Shown here: positions 49,790 to 58,623 of the stretch, one piece after another
Position numbering within the stretch: position 1 is the stretch's first letter
Layout of the letters: the number at the start of each line of letters is the position of its first letter
Assembly: GCA_963555755.3 (NCBI GenBank)
Contig: OY820905.2
Coordinates: 3,424,001 to 3,488,000, forward strand
DNA: 64,000 nt
Direction of reading: 5' to 3'
Source: Nitrospirales bacterium
GTDB taxonomy: Bacteria > Nitrospirota > Nitrospiria > Nitrospirales > UBA8639
Program-made: the position numbers and the translations under genes
Notes under the pieces: generated by a model
Database searches by the model: none
Seen by the model: only the letters and a program-made list of their open reading frames with translations
What the model was told of the DNA's origin: nothing

Positions 49790-49945
49790 GTAACTGCTCA
49801 GGTTGCTTCAATTTTGGCTCAGGACAAGGCGCGAGGAGCGCAGAACCGGAGCATATTGAGCCTGTCCTGAGTACTCGAAGGATAAGGATTTGAGCACCGC
49901 AGCAACGCCGTCATGAGCCAAAAGGGGAGTGACCTGAGTAGTTAC
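49790..49945. mobile_element. MITE-like element, family E
   Basis: GTAACTGCTCAGGT / ACCTGAGTAGTTAC ends, second copy at 54422-54561. Confidence 0.8.
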
Positions 49946-50022
49946 GAAAAAGGGCCAGGAATTTTGCCAATGGCTTGGCAAGATACCCGGCCCCGTTCGA
50001 TCCATTGTGACGGATGATTCAA

Positions 50023-50349
50023 TTAGGTGCTGAAGGAACTGCCGCAACCACAGGTGCTTTTGGCTTGGGGATTCTTAATCGCAAAGCCTGAGCCTTGGAG
50101 GCTGTCCACATAATCGACTTCCGCGCCATTCAACATGGGAGCACTTTGAGAATCGACAATGACTTTCACGCCGCCTTTTTCAATAATGGTGTCGTCATCT
50201 TCCATTTTGGATTCGAAGGACATCCCGTATTGGTATCCGCTGCAGCCTCCGCCTTTCACGTAGATCCGCAACCCAATAATTTCCTCTTCAGTTTCTTCAT
50301 CGACCAATTCTTTTATTTTTTCTTCAGCCATCGGTGTAATAGTGACCAT
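50023..50349 (-). CDS. erpA: Fe-S cluster insertion protein
   Basis: LRIYVKGGGCSGYQYG, NPQAKSTCGCGSSFS. Confidence 0.9.
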   Translation of the reverse strand: MVTITPMAEEKIKELVDEETEEEIIGLRIYVKGGGCSGYQYGMSFESKMEDDDTIIEKGGVKVIVDSQSAPMLNGAEVDYVDSLQGSGFAIKNPQAKSTCGCGSSFST

Positions 50350-50507
50350 TATGCCCTCCACTCAATATTTAAGGTGATATCCCGTTGTTTTTCCACGTTT
50401 TGGATAAAATCGAGGAAACATGTCTTGTAAGAAACCTTGTAAGAAACAATGATAACCACCCACATGGTAGTTGTCAATTTATTGAAGGGAAAATAGATGA
50501 AAAAAAT

Positions 50508-51831
50508 CACTAGTGTCCGGTAAAAGTGACCAACACCCGCGCTAACTCCCTGTTCTAACAAAGGAAATCACGATTTAATGGGTGTTACCGATTTCGATTG
50601 TGAAAAATGCTGTGCTGAGGCACTCTCCGATATTTGGGGGGCACACCATGCACGAGGGGCAACTCATTTTTTCACAAGTCACCGATCATTTACCCCTGCA
50701 CACCTTTCGTCGATCTGTTCAGCGTTATCAAGGCGAACGCTATGTGAAGCAGTTCCGTTGTCTCGATCAGTACCTGGTCATGGCGTTTGCACAGTTGACC
50801 TATCGCGAAAGTCTTCGCGATATCGAAGCCTGTCTTCGTGCTCACCAAACCAAACTCTATCATATGGGGATTCGCACCACGATTTCCCGGAGCACCCTGG
50901 CCGAGGCCAACGAACAACGAGATTGGCGAATTTATGCCGACTTCGCTCAGGCCTTGATCCAGCTGGCCCGTCCCTTGTATGCCAAAGAGGACTTGGGGCT
51001 CGATCTCAACCATACCGTGTACGCGCTCGATGCCTCCACTATCGATCTCTGCCTGTCTCTTTTTCCCTGGGCACGGTTTCGTTCCACCAAGTCCGCCGTG
51101 AAACTCCATACCCTGCTCGATTTACGCGGCAATATTCCGACCTTTATCCATATCTCGGACGGCAAGCTTCACGACGTCAATGTTCTCGATATCCTTCTGC
51201 CAGAGCCTGGAGCATTCTATATCATGGATCGAGGGTATCTGGACTTCGAGCGACTGTTCACCCTCACGCAATCGGGAACATTTTTCGTCATTCGAGCCAA
51301 GAGCAATACGCAGTACAAACGGCAATACTCCCATGCCATCGACAAAGCTCATGGGTTGCGATGCGATCAGACAATCGTGCTGACTGGAGCCAATACCAAG
51401 CACGCCTATCCTCAGCCATTGCGACGAGTCAAATACCACGACAGCAAGACCGACAAGACGTTCAACTTTCTCACCAACAACTTTGCCACGCCGGCACAAA
51501 CCGTCGCCGATCTCTATCGCTATCGCTGGCAAGTGGAGCTCTTTTTTAAATGGATCAAACAGCATCTCAGAATCAAATCGTTTTTTGGCACCTCCGAGAA
51601 TGCCGTCAAGAGCCAGATCTGGATCGCCATCTCGATCTATGTGCTGGTGGCAATCATCAAAAAACGACTCGATCTCAAGGCAGACCTCTACACAATTTTA
51701 CAGGTGTTGAGCCTGACCCTGTTTGAGAAAATTCCATTGAATCAACTCCTTACGGATAAGCGCTACAATGAGGCGGCCTATGCCATGTGCAACCAATTGA
51801 ATTTGTTCGATAATTTAACCGGACAGTAGTG
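50508..51831 (+). mobile_element. IS4-family insertion sequence (1324 bp)
   Basis: TIRs CACTAGTGTCCGGTAAA / TTTAACCGGACAGTAGTG, 9-bp TSD GAAAAAAAT. Confidence 0.93.
50648..51829 (+). CDS. IS4-family transposase (DUF4372 plus DDE_Tnp_1)
   Basis: FAQLTYRESLRDIE, ALDAS.I, MDRGY, Y..RWQVELFFKWIKQ (YREK motif). Confidence 0.93.
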   Translation: MHEGQLIFSQVTDHLPLHTFRRSVQRYQGERYVKQFRCLDQYLVMAFAQLTYRESLRDIEACLRAHQTKLYHMGIRTTISRSTLAEANEQRDWRIYADFAQALIQLARPLYAKEDLGLDLNHTVYALDASTIDLCLSLFPWARFRSTKSAVKLHTLLDLRGNIPTFIHISDGKLHDVNVLDILLPEPGAFYIMDRGYLDFERLFTLTQSGTFFVIRAKSNTQYKRQYSHAIDKAHGLRCDQTIVLTGANTKHAYPQPLRRVKYHDSKTDKTFNFLTNNFATPAQTVADLYRYRWQVELFFKWIKQHLRIKSFFGTSENAVKSQIWIAISIYVLVAIIKKRLDLKADLYTILQVLSLTLFEKIPLNQLLTDKRYNEAAYAMCNQLNLFDNLTGQ

Positions 51832-51848
51832 GAAAAAAATATGAAAAA

Positions 51849-52433
51849 TTAGGTTTTCAGGTCCCTTACCCATTCTTCTCTCATGGTGTCGGGCACTTGA
51901 GCCTCGTCTACGTAGTTCTCATGGGTGATGTGGATCGACGCGTTAGCCCCATGGTTTTGGAGCAGGGGAGTAAAGGATTGGGGCATCACAAAACGAATAA
52001 AATGGACCGCACTGATTTTGTCTTCTTTACTATGGCCGCCTTCGAATTGCGCATAGACGGTTTCATTCTGCACCCGGATCGACAGAGTGTTGGATCGGTC
52101 GAGCCCCTGAAAGGAGTCGAGGGTCTGTTTGATCTGGTCGTCATCGGTAATTTCAATCATTAAGGTGGCGCTGAGCTCACCAGGTTGAGGAAGTAGGGCG
52201 TTGTATACATCGAGTTCATCCTGGATTTTTGAGGGCTCAAATATGCGTTCCGCTCGAATCATTTCTTGGACTTGAAACCGAAGGGTCTCCCGGTTTTCAA
52301 AAAGCAAGGTGACGAGTGGCCCGACTTCGATGCGTCGCCGTTTTTTAAGGGCGATGATCTGTTGTAGAAGCGTCGGACGTGCCGCTTCATATTCGGCATG
52401 GGACATCAAGTCGGCTTGAGTGAGATGTTTCAT
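51849..52433 (-). CDS. DUF3501 family protein
   Basis: K..RRI.VGP...L.FEN..T...QVQEM.R.E, ELDVYN.L.P, K.SAVHF.RF. Confidence 0.88.
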   Translation of the reverse strand: MKHLTQADLMSHAEYEAARPTLLQQIIALKKRRRIEVGPLVTLLFENRETLRFQVQEMIRAERIFEPSKIQDELDVYNALLPQPGELSATLMIEITDDDQIKQTLDSFQGLDRSNTLSIRVQNETVYAQFEGGHSKEDKISAVHFIRFVMPQSFTPLLQNHGANASIHITHENYVDEAQVPDTMREEWVRDLKT

Positions 52434-53710
52434 GATGGCAATTGGTAGGCGTCCCGAATAATTTGAATGGGATGTTGTGTTGCCGGTCCTGTATCTGGTT
52501 GCGTCGCGCCGGCCTGATCAAGCTGAAGCGCCGAAAGTGGACAGTCTGATGCCACCAGATTCGGTTCGCTATTTATAATGGGGCGCACAGCCTTTTTGGC
52601 AATTTTCATGGAGAGGTCAAAGAACTCCACTTTGGCTCCCCACGAACCATCATGCCCCGAACATTTTTCGATGAGTTCAACCTGGGCGCCGGTGAGTTCC
52701 ATGAGCTCTTTGGACTTAAACCCGATGTTTTGATCACGAAGATGACAAGGAACCTGATAGGCAATGCGCTGTTTGGTTTGTACAAGATCGAGCGACAATG
52801 CCCCTTCTTTTTTTAGGCGCATCAGGTATTCGCAGACATCAAACGTTCGTTCGGCTAATTGATTCATGTCAGGTGTCGGCATCAAATAGGGATACTCGCG
52901 TTTAAACATGAGACTGCAACTCGGCGTGGGAATGATAAGATCAAAGCCTTGTTCAAGATAGGGCCGGAAGAGTTTTAAGTGGTGTTGGGCCGTTTGCACC
53001 ATGGTGTCGGTATCACCAACATCAAAGGATGGCATGCTGCAGCACCGTTGCCCTTCTGGAATGACCACTTCAACTCCATTTTTTTCTAACACCTGAACCG
53101 TGGCTTTGCCAATGTCCGTCGCTTGGTAATTCACCATGCAGCTTGGAAACAAGACGACCTTGCGTTGCGCTGATGGCTGTAGTGTGTTGCCCTTTCGTTT
53201 TCTCCACCACTGAGGAAAACTCTCTTTAGCGAAAAATAGCACGTTTCGGTTGCGATGAATCCCCAGGACCTTTTCAATCAATCCTCGTATCCACGGTGTC
53301 GAAAGAGACCAGTTGGTGATAGGCGCCGTCATGCTCCCCAGTTTTCCAATCAAATCCGTCTTGATCAGTAACCGATCACGCCATGAGGCTCCTTGTTCCT
53401 GGACTCGTTGCTTTTTCCAAGCCGCCATGAGCCGTGGAAAGTCAATTTCGTATTGATGTGGAGATGTGTAGGGGCAGTGGTTGTAGCAAAGTTTGCAGTA
53501 GTAGCATTCCTGTTCGATCTGTTCGTAGTCGGCTGCGGTGATTTTGGAAATATCACTGTCGTGTTCGTCAATACGATCCAAAAGGGTGTTAAAGGACGGA
53601 CAGAGGTTAAAGCAACGTCGGCATCCATCACAGATGTCAAAAATTCGATTGGTCTCTTGCTCGAGTTGCGAACGAGTCCAATCCGTGGAAAGGAGGTCAA
53701 TGCCTTTCAA
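52430..53710 (-). CDS. Fe-S oxidoreductase (GlpC/HdrD-like, CCG domains)
   Basis: CDGCRRCFNLC, CYYCKLC..HCPY, CCSMP, CSGHDG, SDCP. Confidence 0.88.
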   Translation of the reverse strand: MKGIDLLSTDWTRSQLEQETNRIFDICDGCRRCFNLCPSFNTLLDRIDEHDSDISKITAADYEQIEQECYYCKLCYNHCPYTSPHQYEIDFPRLMAAWKKQRVQEQGASWRDRLLIKTDLIGKLGSMTAPITNWSLSTPWIRGLIEKVLGIHRNRNVLFFAKESFPQWWRKRKGNTLQPSAQRKVVLFPSCMVNYQATDIGKATVQVLEKNGVEVVIPEGQRCCSMPSFDVGDTDTMVQTAQHHLKLFRPYLEQGFDLIIPTPSCSLMFKREYPYLMPTPDMNQLAERTFDVCEYLMRLKKEGALSLDLVQTKQRIAYQVPCHLRDQNIGFKSKELMELTGAQVELIEKCSGHDGSWGAKVEFFDLSMKIAKKAVRPIINSEPNLVASDCPLSALQLDQAGATQPDTGPATQHPIQIIRDAYQLPS

Positions 53711-53724
53711 TGTCTATCCTGTAA

Positions 53725-53903
53725 GGACCTGAGAGAAAATAACTTGGACAAAATTGCGCCAAGATTTGGGTCGGATTTGGACGGAACGATTGAGGAACAC
53801 CCGAGGCATAGCACAGCTATGTTGAGGGTGTTTCGATTGAGGCCCGTTCAAAGATGGCCCGAAGATTGGATGCAAGATGTCCAAGTTATTTTCTCTCAGG
53901 TCC
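53725..53903. mobile_element. MITE-like element, family D (179 bp)
   Basis: 25-bp perfect TIR with TAA/TAA flanks. Confidence 0.9.
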
Positions 53904-53972
53904 TAATGGCGAAGGATGAAAAAAGAAAAAGCGGAGCAGGGCCGCTGCTCCGCTTCGACACATTAAATGCGA

Positions 53973-54398
53973 TTACGCGTCGTTCAACGATGCCAGGCCT
54001 TTCGTAAACCGGTTCGCATGCGAGCGTTCAGCTTTGGCCAAGGTTTCAAACCACTCGGCTAATTCTTCAAACCCTTCTTCGCGAGCGGTTTTGGCCATAC
54101 CCGGATACATTTGCGTGTACTCGTAGGTTTCGCCTTCGATGGATGCTTTGAGATTGGCTTCGGTGTTGCCGATTGGTTCACCCGTTGCCGGATCGCCCAC
54201 TTCTTTCAGAAAATCTAAATGGCCAAACGCATGGCCGGTTTCGGCTTCTGACGTATCGCGAAATAATCCGCCCACATCCGGAAAGCCTTCGATATCGGCA
54301 CGACGCGCAAAATAGAGATAGCGCCGGTTGGCTTGTGATTCACCGGCAAACGCATCCTTGAGATTGTCATGGCTCTTGGTTCCTTTAAGACCGCTCAT
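53973..54398 (-). CDS. Rubrerythrin (short erythrin type, no rubredoxin domain)
   Basis: [22 protein letters not shown]...[11 protein letters not shown]. Confidence 0.94.
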   Translation of the reverse strand: MSGLKGTKSHDNLKDAFAGESQANRRYLYFARRADIEGFPDVGGLFRDTSEAETGHAFGHLDFLKEVGDPATGEPIGNTEANLKASIEGETYEYTQMYPGMAKTAREEGFEELAEWFETLAKAERSHANRFTKGLASLNDA

Positions 54399-54421
54399 GG
54401 TTTCCTCCTTGTTGATTGAAC

Positions 54422-54561
54422 GTAACTGCTCAGGTCACCCCCCTTTTGCCCCAGGACGGCGTTGCTGTGGTGCTCAAATCCTCACGTATTTCATATACGC
54501 TCCGGTTTTCCGCTCCTCGCGCCTCGTCCTGAGGCAAAATTGGGGCAACCTGAACAGTTAC
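54422..54561. mobile_element. MITE-like element, family E
   Basis: GTAACTGCTCAGGT...ACCTGAACAGTTAC, overlapping the perR stop codon. Confidence 0.8.
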
Positions 54562-55031
54562 GATTGAACATGATTACGACGAGGTGAAGAAATTGTTTTC
54601 CGAGCCTGTGCCTTTTGGCATGGAGAACAGTATCCATAAAACTCGACCTGGTGACTCAGTACCTGAAAGTCCTTGGGGATCTTCGCCTTCTGGCGAATCT
54701 GGTTTAAGGATTGGTCTTCGATATCAAAAATGGCACGACACTCTAAGCAAATCAGATGGTGATGCGGGGTCACATTGGCATCAAACCGAGTTCGGTCATG
54801 CCAATAATTCACCTCCTTGACGAGGCCGGCGTCTTTCAACGTGGACAGGGTGTAATACACCGTATTCGGCGAAATCATGGGATAATCTTTGGCGACCTGT
54901 TGAAACAAGGCTTCCGCCGTCGGGTGACTGGTTGTCTCCGCCAGGGCCTTGTAGATCGCAGCTCGCTGCGGGGTGACTTTTAGCCCCTGGGCTTTAAAAC
55001 GGATGCGAATGTCATTTTGGGAAATAATCAA
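54558..55031 (-). CDS. Fur family regulator (PerR-like)
   Basis: GLKVTPQR.AI, HPTAE, HHHLIC..C, GYC..C, upstream of rubrerythrin. Confidence 0.92.
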   Translation of the reverse strand: MIISQNDIRIRFKAQGLKVTPQRAAIYKALAETTSHPTAEALFQQVAKDYPMISPNTVYYTLSTLKDAGLVKEVNYWHDRTRFDANVTPHHHLICLECRAIFDIEDQSLNQIRQKAKIPKDFQVLSHQVEFYGYCSPCQKAQARKTISSPRRNHVQS

Positions 55032-55043
55032 AGGAATCCTTGT

Positions 55044-55058
55044 TAGGAATCATTCTTA
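55044..55058. promoter_or_regulatory. Candidate Fur/Per box
   Basis: 7-1-7 inverted repeat TAGGAAT-C-ATTCTTA just upstream of the Fur-family gene. Confidence 0.55.
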
Positions 55059-55208
55059 TGTAGCAAATCATCCGATATTCGTCAACGGGGACGACAAATC
55101 GGAAAATTTTTCTAGAAGAACTTGGGGTAAACGAGAAAAGGTAGAGAGAAAGATAAAAGAAAAGGAAGGGCCAGAATGCCTCTGACCCTTCCAGAAACTG
55201 GCCCTGCA

Positions 55209-55691
55209 TTAAAACAAAGGAGTGGGATTGTGTCCTGAGGCCGCCATAAAAAACAACATCGGAATTGAGAGTAAGGTGTTGGTACGGGAAGCCATGAGGG
55301 CCATGCGCCCAGCAGCCTTCTTTTCATCGGCCGTGGCTTCTTTCAGGCCAAGGACTTTTTTCTGGTTTGGCCAAATGATCCCCCAGACGTTCAAGAGCAT
55401 GATCGTGCCTAACCAGGCACCCATCCCGATCACGGCATCTTGGCCTTGAAGGGCAAATGCCGATCCGAAGCGGTGTTGGTTCATTAGCAGCGCGGCACCA
55501 AATACCCATGTGGCTAATGCCCCCCACCGGAACCACCATAGCGCATTTGGTACCAAATGTTTGAACGCTTCAGCCTTGGTTTCAGGAGTGACTTTGCCAA
55601 GAAAGGGAACCTGGATGAAATTGAAATAATACAAAATGCCGATCCAGGTAATGCCGGCGAGAAAATGTCCCCACGCTAACAAGGTTTCCAT
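55209..55691 (-). CDS. Urate hydroxylase PuuD-like (Urate_ox_N) membrane protein
   Basis: H..AGITWIG.LYYFNF.Q, WFRW.A, NVW.IIWPNQK, ASRTN..LSIPML.FM. Confidence 0.85.
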   Translation of the reverse strand: METLLAWGHFLAGITWIGILYYFNFIQVPFLGKVTPETKAEAFKHLVPNALWWFRWGALATWVFGAALLMNQHRFGSAFALQGQDAVIGMGAWLGTIMLLNVWGIIWPNQKKVLGLKEATADEKKAAGRMALMASRTNTLLSIPMLFFMAASGHNPTPLF

Positions 55692-55744
55692 ATCATATCC
55701 TCTTTTGGTTGTGATCGAATCAAGTGAGATTCAGCGTTGTGATG

Positions 55745-55834
55745 TCAGACGAGCATTTTAACGACAAAATATAACACGACAGTCAGCACGAACCCCGAGG
55801 CAATGGTTCCAGGGATCGAGTCGAGTGGATTCAT
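55745..55834 (-). CDS. 29-aa single-TM small protein
   Basis: AAGGAGG RBS then ATG, giving MNPLDSIPGTIASGFVLTVVLYFVVKMLV. Confidence 0.6.
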   Translation of the reverse strand: MNPLDSIPGTIASGFVLTVVLYFVVKMLV

Positions 55835-55973
55835 GGTGTCCTCCTTTATGTTGAACAGTGCACAGCGTTGTTTTTGTGTATTTGGCGTCTCGTGTGACCG
55901 GCCTAGGTTCGTCGTAGAGACGACGAGCTGACGCCTTATCGTATGGTTAGAGAAGCACCCTATCGTATTCTTA

Positions 55974-56131
55974 GGGTTCGCGCAAGAATAACTTCCCGTT
56001 TTGGGGTGCTGAGACACCCGTCTGGCAAGGCGCGAGGACTGCGCATACTCTTTGGTATGTAAGGGACGAGCAACGCCGCTAGACGGGATGAATCGACGCC
56101 CAAACAGGGGGAGTTATTTTTGCGCGAGCCC
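55974..56131. mobile_element. MITE family C overlapping the mpg 3' end
   Basis: TTA/TAA flanks. It supplies the final codons and stop of mpg. Confidence 0.88.
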
Positions 56132-56677
56132 TAAGCAAAAACGCCACGGTTTTTTTGCCCATTCACCAGCGTAATTGACTCCTATCCGGGGTGAAGTGCG
56201 GATGGCTTGACGAGGAATAGGTTCCCCTCGATCTTCCATCCACAACGTGTGTCCAACAGTCATATCGAATCCATTCAGGTCTCGATTGATGTGCAGAAAC
56301 CGTGTCAATCGTCCTGGTCCCTCAATCCGAGTGGGTGGGCCGTCCGCGTTGCTCACGGTCACTTCAATGCCGCGAATCAGAATAGCCGCTGGAAAATCAA
56401 TTGACTCCGTGACGATATTCAGAAGATCGTACATGCCATAAATCAGATACACGTAGGTAACCCCGGCAGGACCGAACATTACTTCAGTGCGTTTGGTACG
56501 CCCTTTGGACGCGTGACACGCCAAATCTTTTTCTCCAATGTAGGCCTCAACTTCTATAATGCGAGCAGTAATACGGGTGTCGTTCGTATCTCGAATGAGA
56601 TATTTTCCCAACAGTTCTTTTGCAACGGATAACGTTGGGCGGTCAAAAAACGTGCGAGGAAGCGGCTTGGGTTTCAT
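56114..56677 (-). CDS. mpg: DNA-3-methyladenine glycosylase (MPG/AAG family)
   Basis: VA.ELLGK, I.EVEAY.G..D.ACH, YVY.IYGMY, GPG.L, PRIGV...PWRF. Confidence 0.93.
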   Translation of the reverse strand: MKPKPLPRTFFDRPTLSVAKELLGKYLIRDTNDTRITARIIEVEAYIGEKDLACHASKGRTKRTEVMFGPAGVTYVYLIYGMYDLLNIVTESIDFPAAILIRGIEVTVSNADGPPTRIEGPGRLTRFLHINRDLNGFDMTVGHTLWMEDRGEPIPRQAIRTSPRIGVNYAGEWAKKPWRFCLGLAQK

Positions 56678-56699
56678 CGTTCCTGGACTCCATCAGTGC

Positions 56700-58430
56700 T
56701 TAACGATCACTGTACGGGGGCAAAGTCGTGAGGCGATGATCTTCAACAGGGCCGCCGACCGTGAAATGATACAACGACTGAAACTGGGTGCTGGGATAAA
56801 AACCAAGCACGCGATGAACCGGATCGTCGAAAAAGCAGCCTATACCTGTTGAACGTACACCAGCCGCTTCTGCTTCCAAATAGAGCACTTGACCGATGAG
56901 GCCCGTTTCCCAAAACAGGCGACGATAAAACCACGGCCCATGGGTTTCTAACGCGGAATCAAACTCCGAAATCATTCCTAAAGAAAAAGCACTTTGTCCG
57001 CCAATCTCTTGCCCACAACTGACTTGGGTCGCAAGGTTTTGGGCATTCCCGTCTTCTAACAGATACAAGGGAAGCCCTCCTGGGCATCCCTCTGGCGTCT
57101 TCCATACGAATTGCTCGTGCATAGATTTTTGAAAATGTTCCTTGAGCTCAGGGTCAGATCTTCGAAGTAACAGGTATATACCTGGGAGCAATCCATCCAC
57201 CCGGTGTACGAACAAGGCGAGATGAATTGTGGGGTCCCACGGAATAGAGTCCCAGGGCATAGACCGTTGGCAAGCTGGCAAATGAGCGTGAGGAAAAACC
57301 CGCTCAAGCATGGTGAAGAAACGAATGGCTGAAATCGAAGTCTTTCCGTCTAAAGCCACCGCACTCCGGCGTTGATGAATAATTTGTCCAGCGGAAACAA
57401 CCGATCTTTCATTCTTGTCTGCACGGTCCTCGGGTTGAGTGGCGCCCCCTTCACCTTCACCTCTCCCCCCAATGGGAGGTGAGGGGTAAAAAGGAACGGT
57501 GGGAGATTCGGCGGAATGTTTCCATGAGGCCTTTGTGACCTCGTCAATGATTTCCCATGGAATAGGATTGTCTCGACTCAGTCGATTCGCTTTGCCCTTC
57601 CAGGTTCCTTGAGCGCAACTTTCCACAGCTTCCTGGTCAAGAGTTAACGGGAGTGATGCAAAAGAGAAGTCATGAGTGGTCAACACCGCAGCGATCAACT
57701 CCGGAAATTCCATCTCGGTCTGCTCAAATTCGTGCAAACGGTTCAGCCCAAGGAGGGCTCCAACAGTTGGATCATCCATGCCCGAAAGAATGATCATGTG
57801 CCAACCTAATGTGGCAGCAGCGATGCGCAGTGTGCCAATGGCATGGCCAATATCGTGCTGACAATAGCGAAAGGCTCGCTCGCCATACTTCCAGGCTTCC
57901 CGCCAGTGAATCGAGCTGAGTCCAACCAAAAATGTACGAGAGGGAAAAGGGGTGAGCAGGCGTTGAATCGACTCCTCCGAACAAGCGAGCCGATGCTCTA
58001 AGCCGTGCTCCTTTGGGGCATAGTGATAGAGGCCGGACTCAAAAGGCACCTCAGCCGACTGGCCGATGAACAAATATCCTTCGGTTGGATGAAGATTTCC
58101 GCTCGATGGATTGCTACGCAACGCCCATTTATTGCCGCCGTATTCTTTCCAGGCTGTGATCGACAGGGCGTACTCAAAAAACCGGGAAAGGCCGTGTAGG
58201 TTCAAAGTCTGGGGAGCAATCGTGTCGCGTTGATAGATTAAATCGTACGGAGGTGAGAGGGGATCGTCTTCCAAGCTGAGCAAGGGCAATTTAACCAAGG
58301 GTGCCCCTTCATATCGTCGAAAGGGATCAGGCTGGTTGGCCCAGTCCAAATACCCAAGAGATCGGGCATAATGATTAAATTCATGCTTGGTCTGCTCATG
58401 ATACTGTTTGACGAGTTCGAGGGGCTCCAT
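56700..58430 (-). CDS. SagB/ThcOx-family (tandem nitroreductase) protein
   Basis: YH..TKH, LDWANQP.PFR.Y, LR.NPSSGNLHPTE.Y, REAWKYGERAFRYC.HD.GH, TGIGCFFDD. Confidence 0.88.
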   Translation of the reverse strand: MEPLELVKQYHEQTKHEFNHYARSLGYLDWANQPDPFRRYEGAPLVKLPLLSLEDDPLSPPYDLIYQRDTIAPQTLNLHGLSRFFEYALSITAWKEYGGNKWALRSNPSSGNLHPTEGYLFIGQSAEVPFESGLYHYAPKEHGLEHRLACSEESIQRLLTPFPSRTFLVGLSSIHWREAWKYGERAFRYCQHDIGHAIGTLRIAAATLGWHMIILSGMDDPTVGALLGLNRLHEFEQTEMEFPELIAAVLTTHDFSFASLPLTLDQEAVESCAQGTWKGKANRLSRDNPIPWEIIDEVTKASWKHSAESPTVPFYPSPPIGGRGEGEGGATQPEDRADKNERSVVSAGQIIHQRRSAVALDGKTSISAIRFFTMLERVFPHAHLPACQRSMPWDSIPWDPTIHLALFVHRVDGLLPGIYLLLRRSDPELKEHFQKSMHEQFVWKTPEGCPGGLPLYLLEDGNAQNLATQVSCGQEIGGQSAFSLGMISEFDSALETHGPWFYRRLFWETGLIGQVLYLEAEAAGVRSTGIGCFFDDPVHRVLGFYPSTQFQSLYHFTVGGPVEDHRLTTLPPYSDR

Positions 58431-58499
58431 GGCTGGAGGATTGTACCTTCCTTAGCCTGTCCTTACAAAGAAGGGGGAAATATCTCAGGCTTCGTAATG

Positions 58500-58621
58500 C
58501 CGGTTGTTCAAATAGGTTCGTCCAGCAAGGCCGCAGGTCTGTTGGCGCGCGGAGCGTACACGGAGTACGTGAGCACGACAACAGACCGAGAACGCCGCTG
58601 GCGACCTATTTCAACAACCGG
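58500..58621. repeat. Family B hairpin element
   Basis: CCGGTTGTT...AACAACCGG arms around the B core, next to the topoisomerase stop. Confidence 0.8.
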
Positions 58622-58623
58622 GG

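Noticed and set aside
51849..55031. perR-rubrerythrin-FeS oxidoreductase-DUF3501 as a novel system
   Set aside because: This gene cluster is an already described oxidative-stress module.
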